Assembly: GCF_009914755.1 (NCBI RefSeq)
Contig: NC_060938.1
Strand: one strand, 5' to 3'
From: the human T2T-CHM13v2.0 reference genome, Homo sapiens
Length of the DNA stretch: 64,000 bases
Of this stretch, positions 30,380-42,552 are shown in pieces (within the stretch, counting starts at the first letter, position 1; each line of letters opens with the position of its first letter). Under the pieces are notes generated by a model. It was not told where the DNA came from, did not search any database, and saw nothing but the letters and a program-made list of their open reading frames with translations. The position numbers and the translations under genes are program-made.

Positions 30380-31339
30380 AGTGAACCTGTTTTTATCTTC
30401 GCCAAACCTTCTGTGTAAGGTGATGATTATTATCTGCCCCCATTGATAGATGAGGAAACTACGGGCCAGAGAGGGGACACTGAGCAACCTATGACAAGCT
30501 AACAAGCAGGGGCATCCTTGAATCCATCTTCAGACACTTAACCCGAGTGCCTCCATTCCTCCATGTCACCTGAAACAAATGGCATTCCAAGGGTTCAGAG
30601 TCTCTTGGAAACCTGAAATGCAGCTGCCTCAGTGCCACTGTCACACAGCAGCGTGACTCTGCTACTGACCCAGGCAAAGTGCAACTGTGACTGCAGACTC
30701 CCGGGCAAGAGGGAAAGGACAGCCTCCTCTCACCTCCCCCCGCCCCGCAGCCGACCTCCCACCCCTACTCTAGGTCTGGAATCATTCCGGGGCCACCTGC
30801 ACTGATGGCTCAGAGCTTCCAAAGAGTCCCAGGTTACAGCTCAGCCTGCATAGGCATAGGCAGACTTCAGGCCGCTGGGGAGGGAGGGTGTTAGGAAGAG
30901 GGCAGGAAAGATGAGGAGCGCAGGATTCCACCTCGGGTGCTCCACCCACACCGGCCTCCAGTTGTCCCAGCAGCTCTTAGAGCAGTATCTGTGCTGCCTC
31001 TGGTTCCAGATACCCAAACAACCAAATCATGTTTTCCCTGTTTCCATGGACAGCCCTACCTTAAAGGCAATCAAGCTGATCCCAGTAAGAATGGCAGTAA
31101 CACTAAGTCTGTATGCACTAAGAGAGCAAGCCATGGTCCCAAAACGCCACCCGAGGCTCTCCCTTTGGGTGAAGCATTGCTCCCTGCTGTCTTCAAAATT
31201 TCAGGCTGCACTTCCAGATGGAAGAGATCAAGCTATGATGAAATGACTGAGACCCTATGGAGCCATGAGAAGAGGAAAACAAGGCAGACTGGGGGGAAGA
31301 GGGAGCTAGAACTGCCTGCCACCTCATCTCACATCTGTG

Positions 31340-31830
31340 CTTTCCTGTCCCCTTAGTCCAGAACCCCATCTTCTCTCACCTGAATCACTGCGACAGCCTT
31401 CAGTCCTGTCCCCCTTAAATCCATCCTCCATATACCAGCCATGTACATGGTGTGTCACTCTCTCAGGTGTCAGTGTGATCACATGGACCCCTGCTAACAA
31501 TGCTCTGAAGGCGCCACCAACATTCAGAGTAAAGTGCAGGCTCCATGCCTTGCTCCCTGACTCTCCCTTCCAGGACCTGGCGCCTGCCTATCTCACAGGC
31601 CTCACCCACTGCCACGCCCCCACAAGCAACCTTTGCCCCAGCCAAACCCAGCAGCACCCAGACCCGCTCACACCTGTCCCAGAGAAACAGGTCTCACTTC
31701 CCAGATTCTTCTCACCTCTTGACTCTTTTTTTGGTCAATTCCTTCTCAAACATCAAAACCCACCTTACGTGTCCCCACCTCCAAGCTGACTGCTCATCCC
31801 CCAACATTATATTATAAGATGCCCTTCCTT
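31340..31830 (+). mobile_element. LINE-2 3' fragment overlapping TREK-2b exon 1 in antisense
   Basis: ttagtccagaaccccatcttctctcacctgaatcactgcgacagcctt...aaatccatcctccatataccagcc...gacctggcgcctgcctatctc follows the L2 3' consensus order. It resembles other L2 copies at about 25650, 41430 and 54230. Confidence 0.75.
31380..31431 (-). CDS. KCNK10: KCNK10 alternative first coding exon (TREK-2b isoform), coding part, 52 nt
   Basis: Reverse complement reads ATG GAG GAT GGA TTT AAG GGG GAC AGG ACT GAA GGC TGT CGC AGT GAT TCA G|gtgaga = MEDGFKGDRTEGCRSDS plus a phase-1 G, which completes G|TG (Val) with exon 2. Matches the TREK-2b N-terminus as I recall it. The 5' UTR extent cannot be determined. 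Confidence 0.93.
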
Positions 31831-33309
31831 TGTGTCTCAATATGAAGTTTAGCAGAGAACCTACAACTAGGAGACCCCTGGTTACAGTTTGTTTCATTCC
31901 TGAATTTGTTCATTCATCCATTCTCCCATTTGCTTTGGGCCAGCATTTATGATATCAAGTTCACACACCTGCCCAACAGAAACTTTGACTGCAGAGTTAA
32001 TCCTGCATATGGAAGCACCCCTGGCACTATTGTGGTTTTTTCCCATAGGCAGAAATCCAGAGTCAAGGTGTTAACATTCTCAAAAAGCAAACAGTCCAAA
32101 GAGAGTTCTTCATGGTTTGTACAAGCGCTAGAGTGGACAGACAAGAGACAGGGCAGTATTTTACTTCACTGGGCTCCAAACACTCAGTTCGGGCCTTTCT
32201 TGTTCCTTCATGAAGAGCTACAAGCCTCTCTTTTACTCAGGGGTACAAAATACTTGTGAGATTTTAAAAATTCTATTGAATGGCATGAGTCACACTTGGT
32301 GAGTCCCCTCTCTGGTGGAAGACAGGCAGAATTTACCCTGAGTCTGCCTTCCTGGGGTCCCTCTGACTGGGGCCAAACTGCATAAACTGTGATTTGAGGA
32401 CCCAAAAGACTAAAGGGCTTTTCTTTCACCCCACAAGCTGGGGAGAGAACAAGGGGTTCACATGAGACTTAAAGGAGCAGTGACTTCCTTCTCGGGACTT
32501 GTAAGCTCGACAGTTTCCCCTGATTTTCCCCCAAATCTCTTCTTGTATTTATAAACCAAAGGTATGGCAAAAAAAAAAAAAAAGTCAGAAGCCTCTCCAC
32601 TAGCAGACAGGCCCCAGAGAACAAGGTTATCAGGGTTAGAGGAAGAAGGGGGAAGGTTGGACTTCAACAGCCACCCAGCTTACCCCTACCATAGGTCTGT
32701 CTTCCACGATGGCCCCACCCTCCACAGGAAACACTGGGCAGGGCTCCTAAAAGACAGTCCCTTCTCCAAGCCTCCTTCCTCCTCCCTGGAAAGGGACAGA
32801 AGCAGTAGCACTATTGGGAAGATTTAACATAAAATGTACGGCATGTTGCTCAATGCCTTGTTCAAAGCAAGTCCTCAATCAACGTGAGCTGTCCACATTA
32901 TTAGGAGGTGAAGAAAACTACGTGTTCTATGCAAGCAAATGCAACAAAGCGTGCAGATGCTGTGTTTGACAGAGGTGTGGGGGACAGAAAGACATGAAGA
33001 GAGAGTGTCAGTGCCACCGAAGAGGAGACGAGAATGCAAAGACAAGGTGCCCACTGGTGTGGAAAGGGCATTAGGTGTCTGCGAGAGGGCAGAAGGAGGT
33101 GGAGAGGAAGGCGGAACAGCAATGGGGGGGCAACAGATACAAAGACACTCAGCCATGAATCAGCCTGGGGCATTTGGGAAATTACCTCAGGTCTGCGTGT
33201 CAGGACTAGAGGGTGTGAAGATGGCTACACCAAAATAAAGCTGCAAAGACAAGCAGAGGAGAGAGTGTGGCTCTTGTTGGTCTTATTAATGAGCGTGGGA
33301 AGCCATCAA

Positions 33310-33900
33310 GGCTAACACAGGGAGAAGAGCCAGGGGGTCAGACCTGGGTTTAGCAAGCTGACTCTGGCAGCAGTGCGTAAGAGACATGCAGCAAGTGAGA
33401 GATCGTCTGTGGGGGGTGTGGGTAGGAGTTTACTGGAATGTATTATGAGGCCTCAACTCAGGCAGCAGCAGAGGAGGAGTCAGAGACAAGGCGTGTTAAG
33501 GAAGTAAAATGTGCGGGTCCTAGTGATGGATGCAAAGGAAGAAAGGAGGCGTCTGGGATGACTCTTATAAGCTTATAACAGTATCATGCTCTGCAAGACA
33601 GAAAATGCAGGAGAGTTAGGTGTGCAGCTCCTGTAGCCCATCCAGGTGGAGCTATCCAGTTAACATGAGGCATAAGGGACCAGAACTCAGGGGAATAATC
33701 TAGCTGAATCCCTAGATTTAAGAGTGATGAGTATGTAAGTGGTACTGAAGCCACAGGACTGGATGAAGTGGTCCAGAGGGAGATGTAAAATGAGAAGAGA
33801 GTAAAAGATGATGCTCAAGGGAGCAACATTTAAGGGACAGCAAAGGGAGGGGGATGCATGACAGAGAAAGAAAAAACTAGAGAGGAAAAGGGGAGAACTG
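33310..33900 (-). mobile_element. L2 fragments
   Basis: Purine-rich antisense L2: gtaagtggtactgaagccacaggactggatgaagtggtccagagg. Confidence 0.6.
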
Positions 33901-35004
33901 GGCTGGGCGTCAGCATCAGAGATGGTAGATCTTATCCCAGTCTCTGTCTCCAGCACCATTCACAAGGCCTGACCCACAGGAAGTCTCAGTGTGTGCCTGA
34001 TGACTTCAGTACTATACCATAGCAGCATTTTGCTGTTTTTACCACTTTCTATCTCGGGCTGCCAGGAAACCCTGTTCAACAGCACTCCTGTTCCAGAACT
34101 TCTGAGCATTTTTGGTTGCTCCTGGTAGCAGGTGGGATGCCTTTATTGTTCCGATAAAATAAACTCTCACCCTCCGACCCAGGGCACAAATTGCCCAGGA
34201 CCAGAGCTATTCCTTGTGTGTGCTGAGCTGGTCAGAGCAGCCCAGGCATATCCGACTGGACCACCATCTTTTGGGATTTAGAGCTGCCTACCTCGTGATT
34301 CTCCCAATAGACTCTGACTCCGCCATGTTGACGAGATGGACTTCTTTATCCTGCCTCCATGATCAAGGCCCTAAAGGTGCACACAGCCACAGCTGGGGTT
34401 CCTTGTGTCTTTTTCCAAAATGCTTCCTGAATATCATATTCTGTCTCTTGCCCTAAGTTTTTTCCTCCACAATTTAAATTAACTAGCGCACTTTATACAG
34501 GAAAGACCTTTATCCTCCTCTTGGGATTAAAAGTAATACAAGCAGTCATAGTTCTCAAAATATCCCCTTTCCCTGGGGCCAAGGGTTTTAAATCTTATTG
34601 TCAACGCCATTCCTTCCAGATGTCTTTCCCAGGTGTCTTGTCAAAAGCAGTTATCTCTCCTCACTGGCTCCCGGAGGGGTCTCCCCCCACCCCCCACCCT
34701 GCCCTAGGCTCCACTCAGCAGCCAGGTGAGCCTTCTGAAATTCCCAGCTTGCACCTATTAAAACTCCACAAGCACCGCCATGGTTCTTTCCCTGGCCTCC
34801 AATGTCCCGTGTGCTCAGGGCTCATCTCACTTCTCCAGCCCTCCCCTCTTCTTCCACACACACTTCTCCCTTCCCAGCAAACTCCTTCAGTATCTGCAAT
34901 CACAAGCAAATAGACCATAAGTAGTTATACTGTGGATCTACAGATCCACAGTAGAAAGCAAAACTGAAAAATATTTTTTGGCCTATTAGAAAGATCCTTT
35001 CCAA

Positions 35005-35188
35005 ACCAGCCTGGCCAACATGCCAAAACCCTGTCTCTACTAAAAATACAAAAATTAGCCAGGCATGGTGGCGCACGCTGTAATTCCAGCTACTCAGGAG
35101 GCTGAGGCAGGAGAATTGGGAGGAGGAGGTTGCAGTGAGTCGACATTGCACCACTGCACTTTAGCCTGGGTGACAGAGTGAGACTCTA

Positions 35189-35221
<33 letters not shown>
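35005..35221 (+). mobile_element. 5'-truncated Alu with long pure A-tail
   Basis: Starts at accagcctggccaaca and has an A-tail of about 30 nt. Confidence 0.88.
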
Positions 35222-35223
<2 letters not shown>

Positions 35224-36221
35224 TCTTATGGCTTAAGTCCGTAACATGTCCTATTGCATAATTCCCTAGCTTTAAGAAATCTGTTCGCTGTGTCCCACCC
35301 AATAATGGTGATAACAAATAGCTAGAGGTACTTCGATTAATTCCATATTTATCAGACCATAAAATACATGGAAGTGACAATGGTTCAGAATGATGAAAAG
35401 GTGGGGCATCTACAAACTTGATGGGTCATTCATTTGTTTATTCAACCAATGCATGCCCCCTGTGTGCCAGGAGTAGTACCAATCTCCACACCCCACATCC
35501 AGGCTGCCAAGCCACCCACCACCGGGTCTGAAGGGACCAATTCTGAGAAGTGTGAGGCCAGTGAGGCCACTTGGTGTAGCTTTGTTCTCTCTTCTGCTCT
35601 CAGCCTCCTCCCCTCTGATCCAACCTTCCCCTCACCCCTACCCCAAACCATTCCAAAGATGCCTCAGGGGCCCCTGCTGAAGATCTGAAGACTCCCTCAT
35701 GCCCCCAGCCTCTTCAGGGCCCCTTCCTGCGCCTTTTCTCCTGATACCTGGGCTTTCCCTGAGGACACTGTGCTGTCAGTGTGACTCTGGGGTAGGGGCT
35801 GTTCAGTCTCCCTCGCCCACAACATCAGGGTCACATTGTCCTGGAAAACCAATACCCCATATTCTTGTGTCAAACCCGCAGTTCCTCTGAGACCCCAGCC
35901 CTCTGGCTCCTCCACTTCCTACTCTTCCCCGTGGCCATCAGTGGTAGACCTGGCTGCTCCCCCAGTTTCCTGCAGCCTTCTCTCTGGGTCCTGTTTCCCT
36001 CCTAAGTGACTTCAGCATCCCACACACAACCCAGCCAAGACCCAAGCCTCCCATTTCCTTGAATTTATCACCATTGCCATCATCTCCATTCCATCTCAAC
36101 CACTAACTCAGGGCAGGTATCCCAGAAGCAGATCCCGGATGAGAATTTGTTTGTGAGTTATTTATTTAGGAGATCCCTCCAGACAAACCGTGAAGGAGTG
36201 GGTGATACAAACTCCTAGGAT

Positions 36222-36688
<467 letters not shown>

Positions 36689-36768
36689 CTACAGCTGAGT
36701 CTCCCTATGGCCACACCCTAAACCTTGTTACCACAAGAACTGTCTCAATACTCAGTTGAAGCGATTAC

Positions 36769-37131
36769 TGCTACGGTCTGAATTTTTGTGTCCCCCAAAA
36801 TTCACACACTGAAATCTAACCCTCAATGTGATGGGATTAGGAGGTGGGGGCTTTGGGGGGTGATTAGATGGTGAGGGCTGAGCCCTCATGAATTGGATTC
36901 ATGCCCTTATAAAAGAGAACCCAGAGAGATCTCTTGGTCCTTCCACCGAGTGAGGACACAGCAGGAAGACAGCTGTCTGTCAATCAGGTACCAGATCCTT
37001 GCCAGACACTGAATCTGCCTTGATATCTTGATCTTCCCAGCCTCCAGAACCATGAGAAATAAATTTCTGTTGTGCAAAAGCTACTCAGTCTATGGTATTT
37101 CATTATAGTAGCCCTAAGGCACACTAAGACA
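36769..37131 (+). mobile_element. MLT1A-like MaLR LTR
   Basis: tgctacggtctgaatttttgtgtcccccaaaattc...ccagcctccagaaccatgagaaataaatttctgttg...ctaagaca. Confidence 0.87.
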
Positions 37132-40019
37132 TTGACTAGATCATCCTCTCTTTCCAGCTTGCTACCCTCATCGCTCCCACATCATACCCTGCCTCTACTT
37201 TCTCCTGTCATCCTACCCTCCCTGTGTTCTCTTTCTCTTCTCCACCCAACTTGGATCCCATATTCAACACTGCTCTTTAGCTAACAGACTCAACTTCCTC
37301 CCCTTTTGTCTTTTCCTGGAGCTACCTGGAAATATCCCTGTATAATATTCCTTCTCTCTGCTCAGAGTCACAGGCTGCTGAACACTGCTACAGAAACCAG
37401 GCAGCCTCACAGGTCGCTATCACTCTCAGTCCACCATTTCCTTCTTCAAATGGCCCTTGATGCCCCATGGCAGTCCTGCCCTCTTTCTCTGCTCAGCTAC
37501 AGCTGTCATGATAAATGTCATGAAGACATCCAAGTGTACCTCCCTATAAACAAACCTGAGATCATATACAGAAATCCTACTCTGCAAGATAGACGTGTAC
37601 TTTACAAAAGGATTTTCCATCGAAAGCATTTAAACAGCACAGTCTGTGTGCATCAAAAGTGGGGTATCATATGTATATTTTTAAACCATTTCTGTAGAAT
37701 GAGGTGTGCCCTCACTGTTGCCTTTCCCCAGGTCACTGACATGGAGGCTCCACACCCCAACACACTGCTTTGCAAGCAGCCTCAGCCATCTCCATTTGTC
37801 AGTGTAGCTGCTCAGTGCTCCTGGTTCATTTCAAAGTCACCAAAACCTCCTATACAAAACTTAAATGGAAAAAAAAAAAACATTTGGATGGTTATTCCTT
37901 CACTGTGCCTACTAAGTCAAAAAAAAATAAACAAGATCCATCAAAGGGAGAAAACAGTTTCTACAAAATACCCTACCAAACAGCTTTGCATTTCAGCATC
38001 ACCCTCTGAGTAATTTCCTCTGAAGTGGCTCCTCTAATGCATATCAGTGCTGCTGACATCAGCAACATTTCTGTGATTTACTGCAAATGCATCTATCAGA
38101 GGCTGGGAGTGGGCGCAGGTTAGAGGAAGAGAGAAACCTAAAAGGGAAAAGGATACCCACATTATTCCTCATGGGGCTAGGGAGACAGCAATGTAGAAAA
38201 CCTACAAATCCATTCATCTGAAGACTGGGAAGTGTTTTTGAAATATTCATAACTCTGATTAGTGAAGTCTTCGAGGAATCAACAGACTTACTTAAAAACT
38301 GGGAAAGTCAATTATCTTCAATAAAACAGCTCAGTCTCTTCCCAGTAACACCTAGGTTTGGGGAATAAAATGTGGCCGAAGGAAGGCAAGAGTCAGTGCT
38401 GCCAGAGAAATCTATGGCTGAATCAACATTCTGAGGAATTTTCCATACCAGAGAGCCACTGAGCATAGGCTGAACCTGCCAGCTAGACCAACACCTCACT
38501 CCACTCCCCAAAATACCTTTTCTCATTAGCAATTTCTCCTGCTAGAGGATAAGTTCCTCTAGATGCCCCTTGAAGGTGGACCTTTTCCTCTCTAAATTTT
38601 CCATGGTCCCAATCCCAGTGCACAGTGTATAAAAAGGGCTCGATTAATGTTCATGGCATGAATTCAACAAATGTTTGCTGAGGGCCTATTGTGCTTCAGG
38701 CATCGGAGGCACCAAGGTGATGAGCAGAATCCCTGCTGTCCAGGAATGGATGAGTTGGGTGAGAGCTGGCGGTATCTTCACCTCCACCCCTATGGAATTC
38801 AGAAGAAGCCCAGCACTCAGGGGCTAGAGAAGGCACCCAAAATCTCAGAGAGCAAACAGACCCTTACATGGATCATATAGAAGTCTGCTAAGCTGCTATA
38901 CTGGTACAGAAGTTGGCTTCAGTATCATTTTCAAGGATTAATCCCGTCTTCCCCATATGAGAAGTGTCCCTTCTCCTAGACCCTCAGAATCAAATCTATT
39001 ACCAAAGCAGTCTCTATGTGATGGGTTAGTCACAATTAAGCAGCCACTGTGAACATATTTCCATTCAAGGAACTCCCCAGTTATAAAATTGTGGGACACT
39101 ATTCGAAAATCTAAGACAAATTGGATATTGAATGCTGGCACATAGTAGAGTTCCCTAAATTAATGTGGAATGAAAGTACCACATGCAAGCTTGCCATGTG
39201 AGTGAATGCTAAGTGTTGATGCAAGATCTTCGTAAACAGCAAAGCCTGCAGGAAAACACAAGAGAAAAACCGTTTTCCTAGATAGTTCAATCTAACCTTT
39301 GAGTTCAGGTGTCAGCCAAGGAACAGAATCTTCAGCCAAGGAACAGAATTTAATTCATCAATACACTTTGGATTCAACCCATACTTAATTGCTTGGAAAT
39401 TGCCTCTGAAGAGGTCACTGGAAACAGTCTTGTGGTTATGTTTCCTCCACCTCACAGAAAGGAGGAGAAACAAAGGCATAAAAACTGGTATAACCAATTA
39501 AAGTAGCAGATGATCAGCCTGGCTGTCTTGGAATTTGCAGGCATGTCTGAGAGTTGTCTGCCATTGGGAGATTTTTAATGGCCCCTCAGAAACCAGTTGC
39601 ACTTGGGCTGCCATGAGAGGTGCCAAACTCACAGGCACATGGAGTAAGTACTTGGTTCCAAAAGCATGCCCAAAAGTGCCACGCCACTGAATTCATTGAG
39701 AACCTCCCATGAGGCCCATTTCATGGTGTTCTTTAAGTTGTACCACAGGTACCAGGGTAGTTCATTTCTTTCCATTCAGTTATCAACAGCTGCTAATTTT
39801 CCCCAAATGCAATTTCTATCAAACCAGCATTTGATGAGGTCCTACTATGGGCTCAGCATCCTATGCTCTAAGGGAACTTAGTAGAAGCATTAACCATCAC
39901 CAGACATAATTTCCTTTGAGGTCAGATTTTCTTATTGACCCTTGTGGCTAAACCTAGAAATAGACTGCATCGCATGGTAGCTTCTACATGGTAGTTTAGT
40001 TAAGGGAGAATTGCCAGAT

Positions 40020-40021
<2 letters not shown>

Positions 40022-40065
<44 letters not shown>
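40022..40065 (+). repeat. (TG)~22 microsatellite
   Basis: Perfect GT dinucleotide run. Confidence 0.95.
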
Positions 40066-40068
<3 letters not shown>

Positions 40069-40124
40069 AATGCACATAACATAAAATTCCCTATTCTAGC
40101 CATTTTAAAGGGTGCAATTCAATG

Positions 40125-40315
40125 TGTGCTACCAGATTCAGGAAACAAAAATACAGGACACCCAGTGAAATTTGAATTGCAGATAAACAATAGCAACAAA
40201 ATTTTTAAAGGGTAAGTATATCCCATGCAATATTTGGGATATACTTATACTTTTTTAAAAAGTTTTCTGAAATTCAAATTTAACTGGATATCTGGTATTT
40301 TATCTGCCAGCTCTA
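40125..40315. mobile_element. MER53 palindromic MITE
   Basis: aaaaatacaggacacccagtgaaatttgaatt...taagtatatcccatgcaatatttgggatatactta...ctgaaattcaaatttaactgg. Confidence 0.82.
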
Positions 40316-40392
40316 AGGTAAGGGACAGGAGGAGCACAACCATCCCCTACCCAACATAATTGGCCAAAAACATAGTGAAGTACTAAACTGGG

Positions 40393-40743
40393 TGATATGA
40401 TTTGGCTGTGTTCCCACCCAAGTCTCAACTTGAACTGTATCTCCCAGAATTCCCATGTGTTGTGGGAGGAACCCAGGGGGAGGTAATTGAATCATGGGGG
40501 CCAGTCTTTCCCATGATATTCTCATGATAACGAATAAGTCTCATGAGATCTGATGGGTTTATCAGGGGTTTCCACTTTTGCTTCTTCCTCATTTTCTCTT
40601 GCTGCTGCCATGTAAGAAGTGCCTTTCACCTCCCACCATGATTCTGGGGCCTCCCCAGCCATGCGGAACTGTAAGTCCAATTAAACCTCTCCTTCCCGGT
40701 CTTGGTTATGTCTTTATCAGCAGCGTGAAAATGGACTAATACA
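40393..40743 (+). mobile_element. THE1A-like solo LTR
   Basis: TG...CA ends with a perfect 5-bp TSD ctggg at 40388-40392 and 40744-40748. Confidence 0.93.
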
Positions 40744-40799
40744 CTGGGTGATACCCATCCTAAAACTGCATAAAATCTACTGGTCTTCCTCTCCTGTCA

Positions 40800-41945
40800 C
40801 TCCACTGAAACTGCTCTGCTAACGATCTCTGCTACCGACACAGGGGACACCAACACGGCCACACATCACTTGTCCTCTCAGCAATATTCTGCACAGGAGA
40901 ACTTGCTCCTTCTTAAAAAGCTCCCTGCTTACAGCCTCTGTGATATCACACTCTCAAGGCTTTCCTCCACCCTCTCTCGTTGGGTCTTTTTAAATCCACT
41001 CTGCAGATACTTCTTCTTCTGCCTAAACACTGGACTTCCGTGGGTTATTTTCTGCACCCCTTTTGTTCTATATCCTCTCCCTGTGTAATCCCTACCTACA
41101 TGCTGATGGCTCCCAGGTCTATACACCCAGACCCAAAATGTCCTTGGAACTCCAGCTTCACACACCCAATTGCCTACTATTGAGTTTCATTTGGATACCT
41201 CAGGTGTGTCTCATGCTTAGTAAGTGAAAATTGCGCTTGTTAGTTGACCCAACCAAAAAAGGAAGTCTCACCTCCCCGAATGATAGTAATGTTCACCCAA
41301 ACCGTTCAAGCCAAATAGGCAGGATCCTGAGAGGCAGCCTTACTTTCTGTTCTCTTGTCCTGTCCCTCCCCAATAGTTCTCTCATTTCTACCGCCAAAAT
41401 AGACCTGCAAACAATCCACTTCCCTCTGTCCCCCTGGCCCTCCATCCAGGCTACCTGCTCCCTACTAGGCTCCAGCCATAGCCTTCTCTCAGGTCTCCCC
41501 ACTTTCCACTCTCACCCACTCCCACAGAGCAGTCAGAAAAATCTTTTCGAAACATAAATCCTCTCACATTCCTCCTTGCTCAAACTTTTCAGTGCCTCTC
41601 ATCACTGCATCTAGAATAAAATGCAAGCCCCTTATCATGGCTTCCAAGGTGCTCAAACTCAGTGCCTCTCATCGTTGCATCTAGAATAAAATGCAAGCCC
41701 CTTATCATGGCTTCCAAGGTCTGACAGTAAAGCCTCTGTCCCCTCTCTAATTTCATCTCACAACATGCCCCTTTTCCCTCTGGACTCCAGTTTCCATTCA
41801 GTTTCCACTCGGTTACCACTCAGTTTCTTTCTGCCTGGAAGGCCTGTCCCCCATTCTTCCACGGCTGGCTCCTTCCCATTCTTTGGGTCTCAGTTTAAAT
41901 GTTACCATGTCAGAGAGGTATCTTCTGACTACTCTAAGTAGCCTA
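40800..41945 (+). mobile_element. L2 fragment containing a ~70 bp tandem duplication
   Basis: Pyrimidine-rich L2 3' region. It resumes after the MLT2 at about 42555-42775. Confidence 0.7.
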
Positions 41946-41947
41946 GG

Positions 41948-42552
41948 ATAGTTCATTTTATGTGACAACTTGACTGTGTCAGAGGATGCTTAGATATTTG
42001 GTCAAACATTATTCTGGGTACTTCTGTGAGGGTGCTTTCTCATGGGATTCATATTTAAGTTAGCAGAGTGAGTAAAGCAGATTTCTCCCACGACATAGGT
42101 GGTCCACATCCTATCGGTTGGAGGCCTGAATAGAACAAAATGGCTGACCTTCCCCTGAGTAAGAGAGAATTCTTCCTGCCTTTGGACCTGAACTGAAATA
42201 TCGGCTTTTCAGGGGAATTATACCATTGGCTTTCCTGGTTCTCAGGCCTTCAGACTTGCACTGGAACTAAACTATCAGCTCTCCTGGGTCGCCAGCTTGC
42301 TGACTCACCTGCAGATCTTGGGACCTGTCCATAATTGTGTGAGTCAATTTCTTAAAATAAATAAATCTCTCTCTCTCTCTCCATATATATATATATATAT
42401 ATATACACATACACACACACACATACATATGTACATATATACATATATCTCTCATATAGATATATATATACACAAGATACATTTGTGTGTGTGTGTGTGT
42501 GTGTGTTTGTATCCTATTGGTTCTGTTTCTCTAGAGTACCCCCACTAATACA
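41948..42552 (+). mobile_element. MLT2 (ERVL) LTR with internal (CT)(AT)(AC)(GT) compound microsatellite at 42367-42506
   Basis: ttttatgtgacaacttgactg...tatcctattggttctgtttctctagagtacccccactaataca. Confidence 0.85.

Noticed and set aside
37306-38013. Longest ORF in the track (235 aa, + strand)
   Set aside because: It starts at TTG, has no recognisable domain, runs through A-tracts and degenerate repeat-like sequence, and lies antisense in an intron. Most likely chance.
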